Program-made: the position numbers and the translations under genes
Notes under the pieces: generated by a model
The model's database searches: none
Told to the model about the DNA's origin: nothing
What the model saw: only the letters and a program-made list of their open reading frames with translations
Source: Gordius albopunctatus
Lineage: Eukaryota
Length of the DNA stretch: 64,000 nucleotides
Assembly (NCBI GenBank): GCA_964276515.1
Contig: OZ193909.1
Location: 13,020,001 to 13,084,000 of the forward strand
Direction of reading: 5' to 3'
Shown: positions 23,043-36,329 of the stretch, in pieces
Layout of the letters: the number at the start of each line of letters is the position of its first letter
Numbering within the stretch: position 1 is the stretch's first letter

Positions 23043-26000
23043 TCACTTTTTAACTATCCTCTGTTGTGGCGTTCCTACGTTCTTTATAATGGTTAGTTTA
23101 TTTTTCACCGATCCTTTCTTATTTTTTCCAACCTATAAACGTTAAAAGTGTAAAAAAAGTTTAAAAATAATTTCAGGAGTGATTAAATGTCAAATTAATT
23201 ATATGATTTTTATAAAAATAGGTGTGCTTTTAGCAACGATTAATGCATCCTCAACGATCTATAAGGAACATAGATTCATAGACTACTCAAACCCTTTAAA
23301 GTGTATTGCAAATTTTAACACGCTTCTCAGTATAAAAAGATGCTCATCCATCTTTTGTATATGTATTATGTGAAAAAATACAAATCATTTTTGTTAAAAT
23401 AAAGTTATAAAAATAAATTAACATAAATATATGGCTATATGTAAAATTTTTAATCAAAGTAACTTATGTTTATGTATTAATTCGGTTGAGGGATTTTTGA
23501 AATAGCTATTAAGATGATTAATTTTATAATTAGAAATTGAAATATTCCATATATATGAGTACAATAATTAAGGGTTGGGCAGTAGTTTATTTTAGTCTAT
23601 GATATTATAATAAACCATATTACATGACATTATAATGGATAAAATTTGCAAACTATGCCCCGCGCCACTTATTCGTTGTAACAAATGTTTATTTCATCAC
23701 GAGCTGATGTGGTCCATCTTTGGTTCAACTGAGACAAACGGTCCATTTAGGTCTTCTATCTGTTTTTCAAATTTGGACTAAGCCTAAAGGTTGATTAACA
23801 TAAACACAGAGCAAAAAGGTCTAAAACCAAGGTTGGCCAAACAAAACCCCCAGCCGCCATTTTTACAACGTTAGATGGTCCAACTTGATCAAAAATATTA
23901 ACAAATGCAAATAATCGTGAAAAAGACCATTTTAATCGACAGCTGGTGTAAAAGCGGTCTAAATAAATTAAAAGTTATGGTGTAACACCTTTTTGGGGTA
24001 GCGCTTGGCAGGTGCTTTTTCGATTTGAGGTATTTTGGGGACGCGGTTAATTTCGTCCTTCACCTTGTAAATTCGCACCAACCAATGTCCCGTGGTGTAA
24101 GCCTCTTCGAAGTACGTCAAATCAAAATTTTTATTCCCTATTTCCACGTCTCGCGTTCTATCATAGCCGTAAGGCATCCTGTAATCGAACTATACGCAAT
24201 CGGAAATAATAAGTGATGAAAAATTAGATTATTGCAAACCATACTACAATACACAGATTATTATAGTATGTACGTTTTTAAGTTTGACAACACCAACTTA
24301 TCGATACGAATTATTGGTATTTAGGGTTTATGATTGGGTAATATTGCATATTTGAAGCTTTTAAAAGGGCTGAACACCAGACCGGTAATGTTTATCAGTT
24401 GGGAGTAGTGGTTTGAATAAAAACGTTAATTTGATGATAGATTTGTTATTTTCAAAAGATATTCCATCCCATAATTCTATCCCTATTTTTCAAGTACAGT
24501 ACTCTCCAGTTATGCAATAGTAACACTTAAAACAACATTACAAGGTGAGCCACATTTATAAAGTTTAACTAGGTTTAGGTAAAGTGGAAGCTAAAGATAT
24601 ATTATAATAGAGGTATATGGCACTGGTATAATATTAAGAATTTTATAAAATTTTTATCACATCGATATATATTTTACCTTGAGTTTACCAAAATTGTAGT
24701 ATGACAGTTTGTACATAAGGCAGTTAAGAAGCGTGGGCGAGCCTTCGTTATCGACCCGAAATTCACCGTTCGCCGTGAAATAATCTTGCTCCTGGTAAAA
24801 TTGAGATTATACTAATGGGGAAAATTTCAAACGCTCATTAAATTGTAGAATTTTCTTATTCTTTTATAATTGCTTTTAATTTTTAATATATTTAATTGCC
24901 GACGCTATGATAAATTGGGAGCCCTTTTCTACAAATTTCCCCATATATTTGAGATCATAATTAACGTCAAAACATAATATTAGCTAGGGAAAATATCACA
25001 CATTGGCAAATTTATATTTTTATAACCAATGTTTATTTTTGTCCATAAGATAAATAATGAAATTTCAAGAGTCGAAAAAAGGACAAAGTCATGCCTTAAG
25101 CCTTTGAGTTGGACACATTTATCGCAAACTTCGATGTCAAACGGAACCTTTTAAGCCTTTCAAACAGCTAATTTAGGTTCAATACTTAAACTGAAAAAAT
25201 CTTGCTTAGTTTTCTACAAATTCCTAAACCACACCAAAAAAATACATTTAAATATCAAAACTAACCCTAATATCTTTGGGGTGTTCACCCTCGGCTATTC
25301 GGACCATCCAAAGGAATTTATTGATGTCGTCGCCGGAAAATCCAATGACTCCACCGAATATGACCAACACGTAATTGACTCCCAGCATTTTGGCGATGTC
25401 GTAGGCTGCTGATTCGTTGGAAGACATCGCTTTACCCACCTAAACAACCAACGCCAAATATCGTTGTTGTATAAAAAGGAAAAATTGTTTTTTGATTGGG
25501 ATGCTGGCTGCTCTTAAAATTTAGCAGTATAGAGTCAGTATTTCACTTTTTTACATATGTTCCTGACAGCTTTAGTATAGTACTGCTTTTCCAAAGTTAA
25601 ACGTTTTTTATACTATGGTAACAAAATAGAGACATACAAAACTTCTAAGATAGAGACTTAAAAAATGGGAGGAGAGATGATGAGCGTTTACTGTCTTTTT
25701 TTACAACTTTATGTCCACGAAGAAGACCTTAAGTTAAGTGGTATTACAAGGTAAAGCATGATGTATAAACTTATAAGCCAAATAAAGATAAGTGGAAGCG
25801 GACGAAGGTAAGATTCGTTGGAAGCAGAAGCGACAAAAAGTGGTAAAACCATTCCCTTTATTTGCCATTCTAGCTTATTACTTGTATTGTTTGGTTAAAG
25901 GGTTACCTTTTGGTTTATATTTTTTGCATAAAGTTTAACTTAGCCATTTGGTTGGGCAATAAGAATGCAGTAAATATAGATTGGCCCCGGACCATGGCCA

Positions 26001-29000
26001 GACAAATTAAAAGTAATGCAGGGAATTATTTAGCCATTTTCGGAATTATCCTTTATAAAGCAAGAACCTAACCAGGTTGCCAAAAGAAATTTGTCTATAA
26101 AGGTAATAATCAGCCGACAACAAAAACAACAATAATGGATTTGGGCTCGGGCGCGAGGTCGAAAAAATTAAAGCCAACAAGCGGGTGCTAAAACAAAATA
26201 AAAATTTTTTAGGGAAGCATAAGTTCACAGCAATTAAAAATCCGTAAAAGTTTCCATAGCGATTATCCAAGTTGGACAGGAGATGAGGTGATAAATTGCA
26301 TAGCAATTAATACCATTTGGAGCATGTGGCCTTAATCATATATTAATGTGAATGTGTACCAAAGCAATGTGGCTATTGTTCCAGGTGTTATTGTCAACTA
26401 GGGTCGTCTTGTTGCCCATCCCAGCGATCTGGTAGCCGTAATCCCACCAAGACATGACAGTGGCGTCGTCCGGTGTATTTTGGGAGAGCCAGTAATAAGC
26501 TTCCCGAAAATCGTCTATGATGTAGCGTTCTCTATAATCCCAACAAAACGTTAACGCATATATTACCATTCACCGTAATAAAGATATATTTTCCAACAAA
26601 ATCTCAAATTTTATATTAATTATATTAACTTTCGTCAAAAAAGCGAGCAAAAATATAATTAGATGATACTTTGGGCGAATTTAAAATTAAAGGACCTAAA
26701 CTAAATAGATTATTCTTTTCGGCTAGTAACAAAGCCTTTTCTTTTTTCGCAACTACACTTATGTATTTCTTCATACATATTCCTTAAATTTTCATCGAGT
26801 ATTTTACAATTTTTAAATTCTAATTTGTACATTTGCTGTATTTAAATAAAATATACATCTAGTGTTTAGACAATGCACAAAAAATTTTGTTAAATGCATT
26901 GAATATTAACCTGCGTAGATCGATGGATCAGGCGTATTTGGGAGATTTTACATTAAAGGGGTGGTATAAAATTATAATTTGCTAACCTAACTTGCAAAAT
27001 TAGATTTTGATTGGGACCTTCTCATATATTTAAACAACCAAAACGCTAAACTCACGAGTTTTTCCTAAGCTTACAATAAAATAGGTTTGACAATTTTTAG
27101 GTTAGAGTTATGCATTCAAATCGATGTGTCTTAGTTATGTAAAAGTGTTTAAGCGCTCTTTACTCTAAAGGAATGTCGTCAAGAGTCGTCACAAGAAACA
27201 TAACAAGCAAAAATGGGAATTTGGGATGAAAATGTACCCGTCGCTGCCGTAAGAGGCTAGGACAACGCTGGGACTAGAGTAGGCGTTTGAAGTGACCCAG
27301 GTGGAGTGGACGGCAAACATGAGGAGTAAGAGAACTAATACCAGTACGGTGAGGCCTTTAATGTTGAGACCGAGGCTGTCGTCTTTGTCCGATTTCAGGA
27401 AGCTCGGGTTTATTTTGGGTATCTTACCCGCCTACGAAATGCGCAAAATGTATTATACATAATAATATTAGCTAATTATCAGGATGATTTTTCCAAAAAA
27501 ATATAAATTTAAAAAGTTTGTAATTTTTCAACATCTTTCATTACTAAAAATATTGTGATTGGGGGTAAAAACTCAAAAAATTTATCGAATTTAGGATCAT
27601 GAGCAAATCTCTCAAAAACCGATTTTTAACCTCTTATCACCAAAAACCCAAAGAGTAAGTGATTCAATGCGTTAAAACCTTCCATAGTATTAATATTCAA
27701 TATATCGACACAGCTAAAAATATAAATCTAAGGGGATCGACCAAAAATGAGGCAATTTTACACAAAATACTTATAAAATCGATAGGCGGGAATTGCAAAA
27801 ATTCTTACCTTATCGTACAAATTGCGTTTAGAGGAGGGGGAGGTCGAAGAAGGTGCTTGATGCCCCTTATGCCCCACCACAACTTTTTTCCCTCTGCCGC
27901 CATTCTTATCTTCGGATCCATCCTCGCTCGAACTACTAGTAGCGGGCTCAAGCTCTCGGGCGAGCGTAGACTTGCCGGTCACTTTCATGAGGTCCTCCGT
28001 TTCGTAGTCCTCGAGCGGAGCTAACAAAGAGGCAACGCCCCTTTTAGCCGCTGTAGTAGGAGCGTCGAGCGCTGGAGCAGCAGCCTCGTCCTTGAGGTAT
28101 TGATCAAAGAGGGTGGAAAAGGCGACGCTGGCGAGCACACAAATCACGGGCGTCAGCGTCAGCATGAGGCGTACCATGACGCCCGCGAAATAAACGGCGC
28201 TCATGGCGAACAGGATAACTAAGAGCGTTTTTAGGTGTAGGCAAATTTAGTTTTTGTTTGTACACATTTACTTTTTATGTTTGCTATATATTATTTCTAA
28301 ATAAGTTTAAAATGAAACGGTAGCAATCCATCGATTTTAACTAGTTAATTTTGAGCTTTTCAAGAATATTTTCTTCTGTGTCTCGTTTTGATCAAGCTAT
28401 TCAACACTGTGGTGATACGAAGTTTTAATATATCATTGTTAGCTATTAAAAAGGCGGTGGTGATTTAAGTTCAATCTAAAACTGCATGTTCTTTAAAAAT
28501 ATTTTTAAAAAATAGAGACAGAATTTGAAGAAATTGGGTTTAAGGGCTTGTCTTAATATCGGATTTTGCTGCGCAGCAAAAATCGTTATACGGGTAACAT
28601 AGCCCCGTGTCTTAACTTCGAATTCACAGCAGCAGATTTACATTTCAGGCGCATAACATAAAAGCGATTAATCTCAAGAGTTGAAATAAACAAAAAAACG
28701 TGTTTAACTATCAAAAACAAAATATTAATATTTACAACCGAGTCTGATACATGAAATTGAATCGGATATTTGATAAAGATAAATTGGCGCCATTTGAATC
28801 TGAATCCGATATTAAGACAAGTCCTAAGAAGTCGAATAAAGATGTTTTAAGGTCGATTCATTCATTTTTAAAATGTTTATTAGACATCATAATGATTTTC
28901 AGATAAATTTGCTTTCCATCAACTGCCTGACTAATAAATATTCACTAAGCTCAACAAAGCCCTATTCGTCTGTTTTAAAATTCAGTATTAAACCTCGCTA

Positions 29001-32000
29001 CTTTAAATATATTTTTGCTTCAATCAAAACAAACACGTTATGGATCAAGCTATTCGTCGGTAAATATTTATTTATTGTTAACAATGTAGGATTATTGTTA
29101 TAAAGGAGAGAAAAGGGTAAATAAGGTTGATGGAGGGAAGAAAGGGTGAAGCAAAAACATAATCGATAAATGGTTTGATGAGCCTCACAGTGTTGCAACA
29201 ACCTGAAATATAGTCTACCTGTATCATCATCATCAACCTTATACATCATTCTCATCGTATGATAGGAACAGGATCATACACAAAATTCTCTCCTAGATAA
29301 CAAAAAAACGCAAAACGCCCATTCGCTACATGTTGGTTGTAGAGGAGATTATCAAACGCGATGATGATACACATTAAAAATATATGGTGACGACGCATGT
29401 ACCCTAAAAGGTATACCACCGGATTAAACTGAATGGCTTAGAAATGAATGTCACCGTGAGATCGTGGAAAAAGGGCGAACAGCTGATAATAATTATTGAG
29501 GAGGGATGTAGGCCGCCGCCATCTTTGAGGTATATATATATATAACAAACTAAACTCTATTCATTTTGTCAAACTCACGTATGGAAGGAAAGTTAATCTC
29601 CTTCAACGTTCTTACTATTTTTCTTCCGTAAATTTTGCAATTGATCACTGCCCAAGTGCGCGCATTGCAAAAGACCTCACCAAAATGAGGGTTTTTAAAT
29701 GAGTTTAATATGTTTTAGGGCAAAGGATAGCTATTATTCGAAAATAAAAACACATCGCCCTTGTTAGCATGAGCTCGTTAAAACTGTCTAATAATAATAA
29801 AGACTACAGAATGGCGAGAAGATGATAATTTTGAGTGAGGGTAGACGCTATTTAAATCGCCGTAGCAAGCATTGGAATTAAAAGGGGGGGCAATAATGAT
29901 TTAGGGAGGGGCACAATGAACATTTTTTGAAATTTTAGCCCCATAATTTTAATAAATTTTGGATTTAGAGGGTGGCAGGCGCCGCACCTGCATACCCCCC
30001 CCCCCTGGCCACGCCCATGGCTATTTATATTAACGCAATATCACCTACCATAAGCCCCAGAGTAAAATATACTTTAGGTTGGCTAAAAACTTTTTAGCCT
30101 TCATTGCAAATAGTTAAAAGTGTGCAAAACATCCAGGCTAACGCAGAGTTTATCACTCAAAAAGGCGGCTATGGTACTTAATAAATTTCGAGGCACAATC
30201 CGCTATTTATGTAGGAAGGGGAGGGGGGGGGAAAACTTACTGAAAACGCGCTCGTCGGTGAGCTTTTTGAACACGAACCAGAGGCCGGCGGGGAAAATGC
30301 ATAGGAGGACGTGATTGTCGAAGAAGAAGGAACACCACGTCGTGGGTTGATGCTCGGACACGCTAACTATGATAGGGATGTGGATCTTGGCGTATCCCGT
30401 ATCCCACAACGAATAAAAACGACCGCTCCATGGGGCTATGTAACCTGAACCCCCCGCGAAAATAAGTTAGAGGTATAAAATGGTATATTTTAAGTGGGGG
30501 AGGGGGGGGGCAAAGACCAGTGGATTGTTCAAAATACTTCCTTTCCCAGATTAAAAATGAAAATCTCACATGCTGACATAAATCACGATTTTGCATTAAT
30601 AAAAGATATCCGACATAATTAAAGATACCTTTGGCAGATTTAGTCTTAAATTTGATAAATCAAAGATGCAAAATACATTAAATTAATTAGAGGACTCGAA
30701 GGTAATTTTTGATTTTCCATTAATGATAAATTTCTAGTGCTGTAAACATTTGTAAAAAAATCGCGTTCAACGTTCATTGACAAAAATCGAACGCGTTCAC
30801 GTTCGTTCAAAATTTTATGATAAATTTTTTTAAAGTTTAATTTAATATAAATAAATGTCTTATATTTTTTAATACAATAAATAGCCATGATAAAAAATAA
30901 TAGTTTTATTTCGACAATATAATTATAAATCAATATAATCTATTTTCTTATTTATTTTTAATAATAATTGTTTTTCAAAATTGTCTTCTGATAAGCAGGA
31001 ACCCTTGGCAGTTAATACAGCATTAGCTATACTAAAAACCAGCTCCAAAGGGGCAGATGAGGGGATTGGAGTATTATACTTAATATACAAATTTTTTAAA
31101 GGAGGAAATTTATTAAAAACTTTTAATGTTTTGTCCCTCGCTTCAAAAAATTGCGACAAGATATCATCCTCCAATGCGCCCTCTACTTCCTCGCCAAAAA
31201 ATGATATCTCAGAATTGACAGCTCTTTCATTATCAATTCTAGGGGTTTCAATCCCTTTTTTCAATAACACTAAAAGTTTATTCTCTGTAGCTTCATTTTA
31301 ATTATTGAATTTGATCTTTTATATGAAACGAGTGAAAAATATTTTTCATATTTTGGCCATGGCAATTTCAATTCATCTGCTGATTTTGAATATTCAGAAT
31401 CTGAAGATGACGATGATATAATATATGATTGTCCATATTAACCTATAATTAATAATATCAAATTAATTAACTTTAATCTTATCTTCTTTTGCACGTTATA
31501 GTATGTTAAAAGTATTTCGGAATTGGTAATAGGAAACAGGAAAAACAGCTGATTAAAAAATATACTTTTTTGTTAAAAATTTGAATTGACATTAATTTTT
31601 AAATAAATAAAAACAAAAAAGGGTTTTTAAAATTGAACGAACGTTAAATTCGAACGCGTTCATCAAAAAAAGGAACGCGTTCACGTTCAAAGTTCACCAA
31701 AAAATAGAACGCGTTCATTTACAGCACTATAAATTTCCAACAAAATGGGGATCGTCAAAACTAATCCCAAAACAGGGATAAGTTCGACTAAAACGACCAA
31801 GGGGCATGTGTTCAAAACCAAATTGTGCCACGCTTATTCGTTTTTTTCACATTTCGGCGCCATGTTTGTTAACAGGAGCGTGGCTATGCAAAGGCATAGA
31901 ATGACGACTCCCCCCCCCAAATCCAACTTAATGATTATGATTCAACTTTCTTACAAAAAAAATATTCCTGGCCCCTAACTTATAACCTGGGTTAGGCCTT

Positions 32001-33541
32001 TGGTAACTAAAAAATTAACTCAAGATTAATATTTTATAAAAGTAATTAAATTTAGAAATAAAATTCTAAATTTCATAAAAAAACCTTCAAAGAATCTAAA
32101 ATATAATTTATGGTAATATAAATATATATAATAAACAAACTTGATATTTAAAAGGAAAATATCATGACACTGTGTACATACCTAGGTAGGTTAAGATGAC
32201 AACATTGGCAAAAACTGAGGCAGCACCCACAATAACGGATGTTGTAAACAGTTTTTTAAACAAATTTTTGGGTATAAATATCCTTAGATATTGCACAAAG
32301 TTGTATATGTTTAGCAACACAAAAACACCTAAAATATTTGGGTTATAGCGTTAAATAATTGCATAAATATACCTGCTGCTGCCATGTGTTCACTAGTCCG
32401 CAATGGTTGAAAGCCAACAAATGGTACTTCCATGGAGAGTATCAAACCCACAATGTAAAAGGTTGTATAAGCTATAGAAATATTTAATTCATTTTTTAAA
32501 ACATAAAATCACATACCTGTATACAATTTGACATTGTATCTTCCCATCACCAACAAAACAAATACATGTAAGGGAATTAAATTTATTATATAAACATATC
32601 CACCCCAAGCTGACACCTATAAGATATTAAATGACATATTTGGCTCTGTAAATTTACCATGTAAAAGTATGAGAGTGCAGTTAGGATTGACCAAGAGACT
32701 GAACCGCTTTTCATAGATTTTATCTAAAGTTATATTTTGAAATTGTGTTGATAAAATGTATACTTACCCATAGATAATATGTGAACATTAAGGCAAATAT
32801 AGCTATTCCTTCATTGTCATAACTGCCAGCCACAGATCTACTTATATAGCCAGGAACTAAAAAAATTAAATATAGTTAGACAACAAATACCTATGGCTAT
32901 AAAGCATGCAGCTAACAATCCTGCCGCAGGTGTCCACAATTCTTTTGTTAATAGATATGTAGCAATGGCAGTTAACCCACTTTAAAAAATGAAAGCTTAT
33001 TTAAAGACATAATTAAAAAATAAAAATATTATTAAATTTAGGCAACAATGAACTAGTTAATTCTTTGAATGATTATAGTGTATACCTGAAAACTGGTGCA
33101 AGAAAAACACATACATCTTGAATATGCACAGGAATGTGTAAAAAGTGCAAAATATAATGTATTGCCCCAGATGTAATCATTAGTCCCGGATAAACCTTAA
33201 AGAATATTTAATTTCTCTCATACTACTATTAGCATACAGTTCCACCAACAATCCGGCCCAATGGATACCATGCTCTTTCATCAAACCAATTCAAAAAATT
33301 GTAAAACCCATTCTCCACCATATATTTTGTAGCACGATAATTAAACCTAATATAAAATGTTAAATTTATTAATGATCATTTACCAAGGATCAAATTCATG
33401 AATAATGCTTTCGAAACGAATGACAGCAAAAAGCCTAGAACTAAAGCCAACGATCCATGCTAGAAGCAATACCACAAAGGTAATTAAACTCAGCCATGCT
33501 TGAGGAGAAGAGATTGCGGTTTTAATGCTAAAACTTGACAT
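23043..33541 (-). CDS. STT3B: Oligosaccharyltransferase catalytic subunit STT3B (841 aa), 17 exons: 33384-33541, 33238-33346, 33086-33195, 32891-32979, 32768-32856, 32658-32723, 32517-32616, 32373-32471, 32182-32328, 30241-30444, 27809-28218, 27238-27431, 26360-26531, 25266-25439, 24678-24791, 23989-24189, 23043-23132
   Basis: All introns are GT-AG and the exons sum to 2526 nt in frame. Motifs HEFDPW, GSYDNE, SVSEHQP, WWDYG, DNNTWN and [18 protein letters not shown] is typical of the STT3B paralogue. A short upstream exon cannot be excluded. Confidence 0.95.
28544..28824. mobile_element. PIF/Harbinger MITE in STT3B intron 10
   Basis: 22-bp TIR GG(G/A)CTTGTCTTAATATCGGATT, 3-bp TSD TAA. Confidence 0.85.
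30735..31729 (-). mobile_element. Deleted hAT transposon in STT3B intron 9
   Basis: TIR TAGTGCTGTAAA, 8-bp TSD TAAATTTC, subterminal GAACGCGTTCA repeats, dimerization-domain remnant [15 protein letters not shown] (30923-31270). Confidence 0.9.
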
Positions 33542-34114
33542 TTCTAATGCATTGGATAGGATGATTTGAATGCCACGCTGTTTTAAAAAAATATGATCCG
33601 AATATTAAATGTGAAAAATCGAAAAAATATTTTAAAGGCTATGCAATTTATTGGCTCGCTTGTGATTTTATGGTATAACTTATGTATTCATCTAATATCT
33701 TTCAATTTACAAGTCATTTACTACTTGAATAAAATAGTTTAGAAGGTGAAACTTTTCTCCTATAAAAATAGCCAAAATTCTAGAAGGGGGTAGGGTATAC
33801 ATGGGTATACACTTAATACCAATTGATCAAAATTTAAGAATAATGAATTCTTCTTATCAATTCAGCATTATTAGAAAACAATTTTGATTAGTTAAAGTAG
33901 AACCTAATAAAGTAAGGCAAAAAATTTTATGGTATAAACAAAGATTAAAAAACAACAAATTTTCCCTTTAAAATATAGTTCATTGATGTTTTATATCTAT
34001 ACAAAGTTCTCTTCCAAAAATTCTCAAAAACGCCTAAGACATAAAACCCTTTATAACTATTTCATAAAAATTACAATCAGGAGTAAGTAGGTAAACGAAA
34101 ACAATTATGAGTGT

Positions 34115-35954
34115 TGTAGTGACATCATTTCTTTTCCTAGAAGATAGCACGCTATGACGTCAATCGACAGATCCTCTTTGGAACTTATCGATTTATTATA
34201 ATCTTCTCAGAAGATCATAGAGATATTTAAGTCTTCCCAGAATAATAATCATCCTTCATGGAAGCGCATCGATTAATTAAATCTTCCAGGAATATTATCA
34301 ATTTTTCCAATAATAATAATCATGTATTTTATCTAATATATAGACGCAATGTGTACGCAACATAAAACAGTCTTGTAAGTTATATAATATCGGCGTTTGA
34401 ATGATTCAAAGTAACTATCATTAAGAACGTTACAATTGGTGACCCCTTAGGGGGGGGGGCCAAAATCTTTTAAATTTCCACCAACCCACCCCCTCGAGCA
34501 CTACCTTTTGGTAATATTTTTGGCACTTAAGGGATCGCATATAAAACGTCACAAATTATTCGTTAAAATCCCTATTCACACAACAATGCCGTACAACAAG
34601 TGGAATTATCAACGCCACCAAGGAACTTATTCAGGACAATTAAGACATACCTGGCAATTAAATGGAAACACAAGACTTGCCATCTCTCACCACCGACCCA
34701 TCTATTTTGGACAACAATATCCCACCTGTGGAAACTGTAAAACAGGAATCATCTGTATACATAAACCTTCCTGAATTCCACTCGAGGAATATTCAAATAT
34801 GGATATCCCAAATAGACGCTCTTTTTACAACAAGAAGGATAAAATCCCAAAAAGTAAATTATGCGTATTTATTGTTATCCCTCTCTGCGGATGTGGCCGA
34901 AGAGGTATAGAAAAACTAGGTGATTTGCAATGCATCGCTACTACTACCACCGAATTAATTATTGATGTCAAACAATCTGGGTTATCGTCATAGGCATTTC
35001 GCCACCGAAAAACAACCGTTACATCTACTTGCATGACAGTATACAATGTAACCTTTCGACAGACGAGCTTCCCTACAACATACAACACTGACACACTTTT
35101 ATCAGTTGGTTCGTAAACAAAAGCGATATTTTATTTTTCAACATTTTACAAATTAATCACCACTAAATTCAGTTAACTGCAAACAATGGCAACTTCAACA
35201 ACTTCACCAGGCCTAACAAATCATTTTTTAGCGCAACAGAAAGCAGCGCACATGGACCTTTTACTCGATTGCACTTTGCTGTCGTACTAAAAAAAACGTC
35301 CACATCTTTAACCTAAACAACTTAAAATTTTATCTCACCTGGTTGGCGAACATATTAACGCTCCATTAACACATATCGTGAACCTTTAATCGATTCCGGA
35401 GCTAGGATGCATCCAAATAAAATAAAATTCACGACTAATGCCACCGGCTGATTTTATTTGCCAATTACGCAAACACGACACACGCCATCACATTTAACAG
35501 AGTAACCAATCTACAAATTCTAGGTGAATATTTTTCACAACAACCGGAGTTACTGCACTGATCAAAAATGCAAATACATCATTTCTTTTCTTTTTTATCG
35601 ATATATTATCAATGTATCTGGAAAGAGAGTATCTTTAGTGATATCATGTCTTTTCCTAGAAGATAGCACGCTATGACGTCGATCGACAGATCATCCTTGG
35701 AACTTATTGATTTATTATGATCTTCTCAGAAGATCATAGAGATATTTAAGTCTTCCCAGAATAATAATCATCCTTCATGGAAGCGCATCGATTAATTAAA
35801 TCTTCCAGGAATGTTATCGATTTTTCCAATAATAATGATTATGTATTTTATCTACTATATAGACTCAATGTGTATGCAACATAAAACAGTCTTGTAAGTT
35901 ATATAATATCGGCGTTTGAATAAAACAAAGTAACTATCATATAGAACCGTTACA
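34115..35954 (+). mobile_element. Small non-autonomous LTR retrotransposon (Gypsy-derived, TRIM-like); LTRs 34115-34434 and 35634-35954
   Basis: Direct LTRs of about 320 bp ending TACA, 4-bp TSD GTGT, PBS TGGTGACCCC (complementary to the tRNA-Trp 3' end), purine tract before the 3' LTR, gag remnant LPEFHSRNIQIWISQIDALF. Confidence 0.92.
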
Positions 35955-36276
35955 GTGTACATAGAAGATAAATGAAACAAAGAGACAAAGCAATCCTTTT
36001 GATATAAAATAATTAAAATTTGAAAATATTATATAATAAACTATGAGAATTTATGGTCAAAATTATTGAACAGACCCGTGTGTAACGCAAGAACATTCTA
36101 CCCTGCCTTTGCTCGCATCTAAATACAGGCATAGGTATAAGGTAATGCGAGATCGTCCTTAAAAGGAGCTATATCTCATCCGGAGTTCTCGATATTTCCT
36201 AAATATTGGAGGTGCGCCCTGGCGCCTCTTATTTAGTTTCATGGCCAATTGACATTTTTCGTTGTATGATTATCTT

Positions 36277-36329
36277 TAACACTACTTACGACGGTCCCAA
36301 GTCCGTGTGCAAAAAGTGTAGGGTTGGCG
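36277..36329 (+). ncRNA. Twister ribozyme at the LINE 5' end with the catalytic G changed to T (36319)
   Basis: T|AACACTACTTACGACGGTCCCAAGTCCGTGTGCAAAAAGTG-T-AGGGTTGGCG; same fold as 5841-5893. Confidence 0.82.

Noticed and set aside
29358..29436. C/D box snoRNA (ATGATGA...CTGA)
   Set aside because: Antisense to the STT3B host intron, weak terminal stem, no recognisable guide.
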